A stretch of 20,000 bases of DNA from an uncultured virus (IMG/VR IMGVR_UViG_3300033121_000902). Its lineage: Duplodnaviria > Heunggongvirae > Uroviricota > Caudoviricetes. Both the position numbers and the translations under genes were made by a program. This document shows, in pieces, positions 1 to 9,300 of the stretch. The stretch's first letter is position 1, and each line of letters opens with the position of its first letter. Below the pieces are notes generated by a model. The model searched no databases. It had not been told where the DNA came from and saw only the letters and a list, made by a program, of their open reading frames with translations. The stretch lies in the IMG/VR virus record IMGVR_UViG_3300033121_000902; one strand, 5' to 3'.

Positions 1-908
1 AATTTAATCTAGAACAGGTTTTCGAGATAGGTCAGCTTGCTATTTATGAAAATATTGAAAACTTGCCTGATGTTGAAATAACCTTAGAAAAAGTTCTAGA
101 TGGTAACAAGTTAATGTACCATTTAGCTACTCCAACAGCTACAAGTGCTACTTTAGCTGGACGTTCAACAATTAAATCACAGGTTCTATTAAGTATCTTC
201 TCAGATACTAAAGATTCTGCTAGTGGTGCAGCTATAACAGAAACAGAATGTTCTGGTATGTTCCCATCTCAGTTGACTTATACTTTCCCTGTACAAGGAA
301 ACGCAACTGAATCTATTACTATGGTTGGTAATAACAAAACATGGAGAACTCCATCAGTAGCTAGCGGTAGCTTCCCTGGCAACAATGATACTCCTCCTGG
401 TTCAGGTGGTGTTCAAAGACGAGAAGATATTCTTTTCGGTTCTGGAGCTTCATACTGCGTATTGCCTCCTTCAGTAGAAGGTATTACAGATATTGGTGGT
501 GGTAGCGGTTATAACATTCTGGTTTCAGGTGCTTATGGTGCTGCTATTCAGTCAATCAAAGTAAGTGCAAGCTTAGGAAGAGATAATCTTGAGGAATTAG
601 GTCACAAAGCTCCTTATTTCCGATATGTTAACTTCCCTGTTCAGGTTAAAACTGATATAGAAGCTTATTGCAAAAACGGAGACCAAGTAACAGCTTTAGA
701 AGATGCTGAAAACCTTACTGACGAAACTATTATCATCAAAATGCGTGAAGGTTTAGTTATCAACTGTGGTAACAAAAATAAACTAGATAGCGTATCATTT
801 GGTGGTGGTAATGCTGGTGGTCGTGGTGGTAACGCTACATGTACATATAGCTATACTACTTTTAATGATATGACTGTAACACATCCTCAAGACCCTGCTG
901 GTCTATAA
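1..908 (+). CDS. Probable major tail tube protein, 5'-truncated
   Basis: Frame is open from base 3 (FNLEQVFEIGQLAIYENIENLPDVEITLEKVLDG...), so the TTG at 63 is not the true start; stop TAA ends at 908. The protein is Gly/Ser/Thr-rich with beta-strand patterning, includes the tube-like segment IQSIKVSASLGRDNLEELG, lies upstream of chaperone-like genes and the TMP, and is followed by a terminator-like hairpin. Product inferred from position and character. Confidence 0.65.
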   Translation, partial: FNLEQVFEIGQLAIYENIENLPDVEITLEKVLDGNKLMYHLATPTATSATLAGRSTIKSQVLLSIFSDTKDSASGAAITETECSGMFPSQLTYTFPVQGNATESITMVGNNKTWRTPSVASGSFPGNNDTPPGSGGVQRREDILFGSGASYCVLPPSVEGITDIGGGSGYNILVSGAYGAAIQSIKVSASLGRDNLEELGHKAPYFRYVNFPVQVKTDIEAYCKNGDQVTALEDAENLTDETIIIKMREGLVINCGNKNKLDSVSFGGGNAGGRGGNATCTYSYTTFNDMTVTHPQDPAGL

Positions 909-911
909 TAT

Positions 912-940
912 TTGTTTTTTAATCTGTTAGGTTTTATAAT
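912..940 (+). promoter_or_regulatory. Possible sigma70-like promoter
   Basis: TTGTTT (912-917), 17-nt spacer, perfect TATAAT (935-940) in the intergenic gap. The -35 matches only 3/6 and the DNA is very AT-rich, so chance is plausible. Confidence 0.25.
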
Positions 941-972
941 CCTGTAGAGAAATTTTCTTTACAGGATTTTTT
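938..972 (+). terminator. Intrinsic terminator-like hairpin after the tube gene, overlapping the next RBS
   Basis: AATCCTGTAGAGAA (938-951) pairs with TTCTTTACAGGATT (955-968) with one G-U pair; T run 967-972. The 3' arm contains AGGA (963-966), 6 nt before ATG 973. Confidence 0.7.
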
Positions 973-2052
973 ATGTTTACAAACAATGAAGCTATATTAA
1001 AAGTTTCGAGAGTTTGTTCTGGACTTCTTTTCGTGAGCGTTAAAGACGTTGGAAGAAATAAGTTTGAACTCATACTCAGAAATCCATCTCTGTATTATAT
1101 AAATTTATCAAACGAATTATTTTTTGATTTCATCCAAGAAGGCTTGGAGTACGGCTTATATTCTGAATCGGAATATGAAGATTTTCTATTAGATAATGAA
1201 TTATGGTTACCAGAAGGCGAAGAAAAAATAAAGTCGCTTAGAAAAGATATGGACGAACTTAAAGTAAAAATGTTTCAAACAGGATTTAATTCAAGAGAGT
1301 TAAACGAATGTAGAAAAATTTTGAAATATGTTAAAGATGATATCAATAAATTATTTAGCCAAAAACATAGATACGATTATTTGTCAGCAAAAGGGTTCGC
1401 CGACTCAGAGAAAATGAAGTTTTTAATAGGCAACAGCTTATATGATATAAACAAAAGAAAACTTATTAAAAACGGATATTGGGAATTTCCTACATTTGTA
1501 TTAGAACAAGTAGCAGTTGTATATAAGAATTCAAGATTAACAGAAGAACAAATTAGATGGCTTGTTAGGAACGAACCGTGGAGAACAATTTGGACATCTA
1601 AAAAAGGCAACCTATCTTTGTTTACCGTTTCGTCAAGCGAATTAAGCGACGAGCAAAAAGCTTTTATAGCTTGGTCTTCTATTTACGATGCTATTACAGA
1701 AAATCCAGATAGCCCACCACAAGATGTTATAGACGACGATGATTTAATTGATGGTTGGATGATTTTGCAAAGAAAAAATAGAGATAAAGATTTATTGCAA
1801 AAAAGAGCAGAAAATCTTATCACGAATGATAAAATTAAAAATTCTAGCGATATATTTTTGCCTGTTTCTACAAAAGAGGACTTCGAAAAAGTTTCTTCAT
1901 TGAACGATGCTCAAGGAAATCTAATTAAGAAACAACGATTTTCATATGTAGAGAAACATGGAGTAGTTAAAGAATCAGAAATGCCTGATGTGAAGAAAGA
2001 TATTAAGATTGAAAGAAATAGAATGTACGCGGAAAAAGTTAAAGGAGGATAG
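973..2052 (+). CDS. Phage protein, probable tail assembly chaperone (long form)
   Basis: 359-aa ORF, AGGA RBS, charged and helical with a coiled-coil stretch and acidic PPQDVIDDDDLIDGW motif. Lies between tube and TMP genes. N-terminal half aligns by eye with the 2437..3252 protein. Confidence 0.55.
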   Translation: MFTNNEAILKVSRVCSGLLFVSVKDVGRNKFELILRNPSLYYINLSNELFFDFIQEGLEYGLYSESEYEDFLLDNELWLPEGEEKIKSLRKDMDELKVKMFQTGFNSRELNECRKILKYVKDDINKLFSQKHRYDYLSAKGFADSEKMKFLIGNSLYDINKRKLIKNGYWEFPTFVLEQVAVVYKNSRLTEEQIRWLVRNEPWRTIWTSKKGNLSLFTVSSSELSDEQKAFIAWSSIYDAITENPDSPPQDVIDDDDLIDGWMILQRKNRDKDLLQKRAENLITNDKIKNSSDIFLPVSTKEDFEKVSSLNDAQGNLIKKQRFSYVEKHGVVKESEMPDVKKDIKIERNRMYAEKVKGG

Positions 2053-2054
2053 AA

Positions 2055-2456
2055 ATGTCGGACAATAATGAAATGTGGCTTAAGATGAGGGAGGTAACGG
2101 AAAAAAGAAATTCATCTGAGCCTTCCTTGCTCAAACTTCAAAGGGAACAAGAGTCAAAGAAAAGATTATTAGCAATAGCAGAAAAAAAACTAAAAACTTC
2201 TTTCATTCATCCTTTAAGTTGTTTTGAACAAATTTTTGGACATCTTTGGGGTTTTGGAAAGAAAGAATCTGAGTTGACAGAAGAACAGAAAAAAAATAGA
2301 TTTTTGTGGAATTCTTTAAGGTCTAGCGTGTTAAATAATGGTAACGGACAGATTAGAGCAATCCACAATGAGTTAAATCAATATACGGTTAACTGGAACA
2401 TGTATAAATATACACTGAAGACTATGGAGAACAATGATGGCAACAATAAAGAATAA
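2055..2456 (+). CDS. Hypothetical phage protein in the tail chaperone region
   Basis: 133-aa ORF with strong RBS AGGAGG (2043-2048), starting 2 nt after the upstream stop. No recognisable motif. Confidence 0.8.
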   Translation: MSDNNEMWLKMREVTEKRNSSEPSLLKLQREQESKKRLLAIAEKKLKTSFIHPLSCFEQIFGHLWGFGKKESELTEEQKKNRFLWNSLRSSVLNNGNGQIRAIHNELNQYTVNWNMYKYTLKTMENNDGNNKE

Positions 2457-3252
2457 ATTAGTTTTTAACACAAAAGACAAAGATGATAACGATTTAGAAT
2501 TATGTGTTAAAAAGCCTAATACTCAACAGAGCAAGGAACTTCAAAAAGTATATAACAAAAACTTTAAAGAAGCGTTAGACTCTGGTGCTATTTTGAGAGT
2601 TAAAGTAGAACAAGTAGCAAGAGAACAAAATATATGGAATGATGCTATACAAAAAGAGTTTGAAAAGTTGCAGACTCAAATATCAGATTTAGAACTAAAA
2701 CTTGCTAAAGGTGGAAACGCTGGTTTAACTCTGAAAAAAGCTAAAGAAGTTGCTGTAGATTTGGCAGGAAAGCGTGGTCAGTTAAGAATGCTTCTAGCTC
2801 CGAGAAATGAAATTGATGTTAATACAGCAGAAGCACAAGCTGAGAATGCTAGATTCAATTATATGGTTGCTTTATGTACTTATTTTAATTCTGGAAAGAA
2901 TGAAGGTAAGAACTATTTTACAGATTACGAAGATTTAGTAGAGAGATTATCCGAAAAAGCTTCTATGGATGCAGCTAAATATCTTGGATTCCTGATTTAC
3001 AATCTTGAACCAGATTATGAAATGAGCCTACCAGAAAATAAATTTTTAGTTGATTACGGTTTTGCTAACAAAGATGGTAGACTGATTAATAAAGATGGCA
3101 AGTTTGTTAACTTAGATGGTCACTTGGTTGATGAAAAAGGAAGATTGATAAACGAGAAAAACGAACTTGTTGATAAAGACGGTAATCTTCTTGACGATAA
3201 GGGTAACTATAAGGTAGACTTCAAACCATTTTTACCTGAAGACGACGAATAA
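2437..3252 (+). CDS. Phage protein, probable tail assembly chaperone with C-terminal 7-aa repeats
   Basis: ORF begins ATGATG at 2434/2437; GGAG at 2426-2429 is better spaced to 2437. Helical/coiled-coil body, immediately upstream of the TMP gene, overlaps the end of the previous ORF. Confidence 0.6.
   Translation: MATIKNKLVFNTKDKDDNDLELCVKKPNTQQSKELQKVYNKNFKEALDSGAILRVKVEQVAREQNIWNDAIQKEFEKLQTQISDLELKLAKGGNAGLTLKKAKEVAVDLAGKRGQLRMLLAPRNEIDVNTAEAQAENARFNYMVALCTYFNSGKNEGKNYFTDYEDLVERLSEKASMDAAKYLGFLIYNLEPDYEMSLPENKFLVDYGFANKDGRLINKDGKFVNLDGHLVDEKGRLINEKNELVDKDGNLLDDKGNYKVDFKPFLPEDDE
3064..3210 (+). repeat. Seven tandem 7-aa (21-nt) coding repeats
   Basis: ANKDGRL INKDGKF VNLDGHL VDEKGRL INEKNEL VDKDGNL LDDKGNY. 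Confidence 0.9.
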
Positions 3253-3272
3253 AACGGATAGAAAATATTTTT

Positions 3273-3319
3273 GGATAGAGTTTATTGCAATAATTTTGTA
3301 ATAGCTCTATCCTTTTTTT
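3273..3319 (+). terminator. Intrinsic terminator-like hairpin upstream of the TMP gene
   Basis: GGATAGAGTTTATTGCAA (3273-3290) pairs with TTGTAATAGCTCTATCC (3296-3312) with one bulge and two G-U pairs, followed by T7 (3313-3319). Confidence 0.8.
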
Positions 3320-3335
3320 GTTATATGAGGATTAC

Positions 3336-6300
3336 ATGGCTGGTTTTAACATAGTCGCACAAATACAGCTTCAAGCTCCAACAAATCTAAGTAGAATTGC
3401 TTCGCAAATCCGCAGCAGTTTACAAGGAATTAATGCGAATATTAACCTAAACTTGTCTTCAGGGGCACTTAATTCCATAAATAACCTGACAAGTTCTATC
3501 AATAATCTTAATGCTAGTATAAGAGGTTTGAATACTAGTACAGCTACACTCAATACAACTTTCGCAAATTTTGCATCAAACGCAAACAGATTTAATTCTG
3601 CTGTCAGTAATACAACAAGTAATCTTCAAGCACAAGCTGTTGCTGCTGTTGCTAATGCTAAAGCTATAAAAAGTGCTTCCGAAGCTGCTGAAGAATTCGG
3701 TAAAGCTGCTGGTTTAGCTGGTAGAAGATTCTTAGGTTTTACATTAATTGCTGGTAGCGTTGCTGGTACAATTGTTGCTCTTAAAAATGCTGTCACTGAA
3801 GCTGTTGCTTTCGAGAGAGAATTCATTAAAATCTCTCAAATAAACAATATTACAGCTGGAGAACTTGCTGCATTAAATAATGAAATCACAAGATTAGCCA
3901 CATCTTTCGGTGTTTCTAATAAAGAATTAGTTAATACCGCTGTTACTTTAAAACAAGCTGGTTTAAGTGCTAAAGAAATCACTTCAGCTATGGAAGTTTT
4001 AGCAAAAACAACTCTTGCTCCTAGCTTTGAAAACATAAGAGATACTACTGAAGGCGTAATTGCTATTATGTCTCAGTTTAAAATAGAAGCTAAAGATGTA
4101 GAAATAGCTTTAGGTTCTATTAACTCTGTTGCTAACTCTTTCGCTGTAGAATCAAAAGACTTAATTTCTGCTGTTCGCCGTTCTGGTGGAGCTTTCAAAG
4201 CTGTTGGTGGTGATTTAAATGAGTTTATTTCACTATTCACATCAGTTAGAGCTACAACTAGAGAAAGTGCAGAAAGTATCGCTACTGGTTTAAGAACTAT
4301 TTTCACAAGATTACAGCGTTCCGACACTGTAAGTTCATTGGAACAATTAGGAATTAACCTTCGTTACACAAGAGAAGAAGCAGAAGCTTTAGGACAAACT
4401 AATTTAGAGAAACAATTCGTTGGTGCTTATGAAGCGGTTCGTAGATTAAGTCAAGGTTTAGCAGGTTTACGCTCAACAGACCCAAGATATTCATCTGTTA
4501 TAGAGGAACTTGGTGGCTATCGACAAATTTCTAAAGCTATTCCTTTAATTCAAGAGTTTACTTTAGCTCAAAGAGCATTAGCTGTTGCTCAAGCTGGCGG
4601 AACATCTATCACTCAAGCTGCTGATAAAGCTCAAGAGACATTCTTAGTAAAGCTTTCAAAAGTTAAAGAAGAGTTCTTAGCTTTCGGTAGAGTAGTAGTA
4701 AGTAGCCAAGGATTTCAGTCATTTCTTGATACTGCCCTTAAACTAGGAAATGCTTTCGTAAGAATAGCAGATGCTCTCTCTCCTTTGATTCCTTTATTAA
4801 CAACATTAACCGCAATTAAGCTTACTACAAATTTTGCTTCATTCTTCACAGGTTTAAGCGAAGGTTTCTCTGGACGCGGACCTAAAAGATTCGCTACAGG
4901 TGGTGTTGTTCCTGGACATGGTAACTCAGATACAGTTCCAGCATTACTAACTCCAGGTGAATTCGTAATCAATAAAACAGCTGCTCAATCAATAGGTTAT
5001 AGCAATCTAAATAATATCAGTAAGTTTGCAGCTGGTGGGAATGTTAATTTTAAAGTTGGAAAGAAAAATCTTTCTTCTGATGATGTTTACTTCTTATACA
5101 AATTAGCGGCAGAGAAACAAAACGCTTCAAAATATTTATCTCCAGAAATTAATGGAGTTCCAAACAAGACTGGAATAAACAATCAAGCGTATTTAAAAAA
5201 ACTTTTTGGAGATGGCGATTACTCAACTCCAGCTAAAGTATTTTCAGCATTTGGTTTTCCAGGTAAAGGAAAAAACGTACAAAGCCTCAGACAGTTGAGA
5301 GACGACTTGGAAAGAAGTTCTGGATTTTTACAAGAGCGAAACACCCTTCTTGCTAAAGGTTCATCTTTAGTTCGCGGAAAAACTTTGTATGCTCCTTTTG
5401 GTGGAGACGGAATTGGTTATGTAACAATGCCTCTTGGCGGTGGAGAAAAAGGTAAGGTCGGTAGAGACACATTAAATGCAGGTATAAGAGTTAGAGAATT
5501 AAGTATTGATAATTTAGGTAAAAAGGTTAATCAGAATGCTAAAGGTTTACTAGAAAAAGCTGGTATAGAAAAGATTGTTGGAGCGGTTAATGTTTATGTA
5601 ATGGGTAGTCAGCCTACAGCAGAATTTTATAACGAAATATTAGGAGAAGTTAGTTCTAACATTCAAGGTATTTACACTAAGAAATTTGGAGCTTCACGTA
5701 CTTCTGCTTTTAATAAAAACCAGTTATCAACAATTAGTGGTTATTTATTTGAAAAATACATAGAAGGTATAACAGGTAAACCTACAGCTGGAGAAACATC
5801 AGATTTCGAATATACTAGAAGTAACTTAAATTCTGTACTTGGTCCTAAGTTTGACCAATTTGTATTTCCTTCACCAATCAAATCTAACTATATTGATTTA
5901 AAATCAAGTTATAGTCGTGGTAATGATTCTGATATTATTAAGAAATATATCAATTCAACATCAAGAACTGGTAAGCTATTAGAAGCTTTAGGACAAGCAC
6001 CAGCTAAGTTTGCTACAGGTGGAATAGTTCCAGGTAGCGGACACGGCGATACTGTGCCAGCAATGTTAACTCCTGGTGAATTTGTTATTAAAAAAGCTTC
6101 AGCACAAGCTATTGGTTACGATAATTTAGCTAATATTAATAGATATGCTAGTGGTGGTACTGTACAGATTAGACCTCCCGGAGGAGAAATTGGAGTTTTA
6201 ACAACTGAAAGCAATGCTGTAAAAAATTCTTATGATATAGTAATGCCTAAATCTGGTTTTTCTCAACAAAATATATCAAAATTTAACTTTAAGACTGGAA

Positions 6301-9300
6301 ATTATAAAGTACCAAATGATAATGTTGCTGTAAGAGCTAGAAATTATATTCCGTTTAACCAACCTCAAGCTGTTGAGTTTAGAAGTAAACTAGAACGTAG
6401 AATTATAGGAGATTTATCTAAATTATCTAAAGAATTTTTTCCTCAACAATCTATTAATGAGAGTTATTCATCAGAAATTTTAGATAAAACATTAGGAACT
6501 CAAGGTTTAGGAAGAATGTTTGAAGCTGTTTTGCAATTTGCTTTCGCAAAGCAAGCTCCTAGCAAAACTGGTGATATTTTTGATTTCGTTCCCCCTCATA
6601 GTGAAGGTTTATCTAGATTTATTGGTAAAAATATTTATGCTGACGCTAAATACGCAGATACTTATTTCAGCAGAGCTTCTATATTGGGCAAAGCTGTCAA
6701 TGCTATTAATGCTGGACTTCCAGGCTTTGATTTTACATACCCTCTTTTAACACAAAAAGAAAAAACTAATGTTAGTAAGGTAGCATCATCTAGTTTAACC
6801 TTATCAAGAGGGGATGAGCAAAGTTCATTAGCTTCTGACGATTTTAATAAAAAAATAATTCCAACTCCAAAGAAATATGCTGGTGGTGGAGTAGCTTCAT
6901 TATTAACTCCTGGAGAGTTCGTAGTGAATAAAGAAACTGCTAGTAGAGTTGGACCTACAGCTTTAAACTACATGAATAATAATGGTAGATTGCCACAGAA
7001 ATTTGCTACTGGTGGATTTGTAGTAAATAAAGCGTCTGTTTTTTCAGCATTTAAAAAAATACAAGATATTTCTGGAATAAATTTTAGAGATATAGGGGCT
7101 TTAAATGATATTAAATTAAGTAGCAGTCCAGCAGTTTCAAATGCTCTTGGAGGGCAATTATCTTCTGAGTATAGAGGTATTTTTTATCCAGTCACAAAAA
7201 GAGTTGTTATAAATCCTAATACTGTTAATAGCGAAGAATCATTATTAGAGACATTAAGTCATGAATTAGGACACTCTATTGATGCTCAAAGAGCTTCTGT
7301 TTTAGGTACTAAATCTTATTACGCATCAAATATTAATGGTAATACTTATCGACGATACGCTGATAGATATCAAGAAAGATTGGAGAAACAATATCCTCAG
7401 TTATACGCTAAAATAATTGCTCAACCTGAAAATTTAAGAAAATATACTTTCCTTCCAGAGGAAAATTTTGCTAATTTATTTGCTAGTTATATAGATGTAA
7501 ATACCAGAGACAGAACTGCTCCTATATTTGAAGATTTTGATAAAGATATTTTGTCAAAATTAAGAACTAAAAAATTTGCAGATGGCGGTTATGTAGAAAA
7601 TGCCGTAAAATTACTTAATTCTAGACTTCGTATTAATAACAGCAGAAAAATTTTCAATGAAGTTAAAGTTCAAGATTTTTATCCTGATGATAGTCCATTA
7701 GATGGGGTTGCTTACGCTAATAGAAATATATATCTAAATAATAGGTTAAATCCAACTCAATTACATGAAACATTATTGCATGAAATAGGACATACAGCAG
7801 ATTCATATTTTGCTGCAAATACTTATGGTATACCAGTTAATGAACTTAAACCTTCATATGCTACATCAATTAAAGGCAACTTATTTTCCGGGATAGTTAA
7901 CAGAGAATATATAAAACAAAGAAATTCTTTATTAGGTAATACTAATGAAAAGGCTAAAGAAACTTTAGGTAATCTATCTCAAAGTAGATATGAATATATG
8001 AAGTATCTTTTTAGAAAAGAAGAACTTTTCGCTGAAGCTTTCAAGAATTTTGCTTTAGGAGATGATACACATAAGAAAGCGTTTTTAAAAGCTTTTAAAG
8101 GTTTTAATAAAGGTGGTAAGTCTGAAGATACAGTTCCAGCTTTGCTAACTCCTGGCGAATTTGTTATTAACAAAGATTCAGCTAATCGTTTAGGTTCAAA
8201 TAGTTTAAACTATATGAACGCTACTGGTAAAATTCCTGGCTATAATCGCGGTGGAGAAGTAAGAAGATATACTAGTGCCGGAAGAGTTAATATTGGTAGT
8301 AGTAGAACTGCTGATGACTTTATTACTTCTGGGTACAATAGAAACTTATCAGTTTTGGATAATAGTGTTGCGTCTGCTATCAAATTGGACTCATTAACTA
8401 ATTCTTTAATAGAAATAACAAAAAAACATGTACTTTCTCTTAATGCTGGATTAACTGAACAACAAGCTTATAATGTTGGCGTCGAAAGAGTTAATGCTTT
8501 ATTAAAGACTAATTTTCAATTAATAGCAAATAATAAAGGTGAGCTAGTTGGTTATACAAACAGAGGATTTGCAAATCAGCCAGTTTCTAAATATTCTAAC
8601 GATTTAAGACAATCTCAACAGACAAATTTAAACCAACTTTTAGAAAAATTATCTAACGAAGCAGCTTTGAAACAAAATAAACCATCTTTTAGAGAAAGAT
8701 TATCTGGTATTGCAGGTTTATTAGCTAGCACTGGTGTAACTTATGCAGCTTCAGGTTTAGAGAGTTTAGCTGGTACTGCTGAACAAGCTGCTTTATCTGG
8801 TTCTGGTACTGCTTATAGTTTAGCTAAAGCTGGAAGTTCTGCTTTATCATCTGGAGCAACTATTGGTTTTGCTGGAGGTAACGTTTTTGGTCCTATTGGT
8901 GCTGCAATTGGTGGAACTATTGGAGCTTTATCTGGATTTATTACGGCGTTAACCGATGCTAATAGAGAAATATTAAATGCTAAAATTGGTTTAAATATCA
9001 AAAAGTTGGGAGAACAATTTGAAATATTAAATAAAGTTTCTTTAAGAGATATTTCTGTATCTAATATTAGCGTAGCATCAAGCGTAATTGGAGATTTATT
9101 AAAAGATTCTAGAAAAAGAAGTATAAGCGAAGCTACGACTTTAGGAGTTACAAATATACCTTCATTTATAAATGCCTCACAAAAAAATGATAGAGAAGTA
9201 TTCCAAAATAGTTTGCCAAACTTTATAGAATTCCTTAATAAGAATATAGAAGAACAAGCTAAGAATTTCGTTAGAAATCCAGAAAATGCTAATTTACAAG

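Noticed and set aside
2030..2460. Programmed -1 frameshift linking the chaperone-region genes
   Set aside because: No XXXYYYZ heptamer at the 973/2055 junction, and the -1 frame has a TAA at 2040. The 2055-to-2437 junction is not a -1 relationship. Each gene has its own RBS.
3318..3335. TTG start for the TMP at 3318
   Set aside because: It lies in the terminator T tract with no RBS, whereas ATG 3336 has GAGGA upstream.
6520..6750. 76-aa + strand ORF nested in the TMP
   Set aside because: Out-of-frame overlap with the nuclease-like cargo, TTG start, no convincing RBS, and a Leu-rich shadow-frame composition.
4890..8255. Inteins or introns as the explanation for the TMP inserts
   Set aside because: No Cys/Ser-start and His-Asn-end splicing motifs or LAGLIDADG blocks at the insert boundaries, and the reading frame is uninterrupted.
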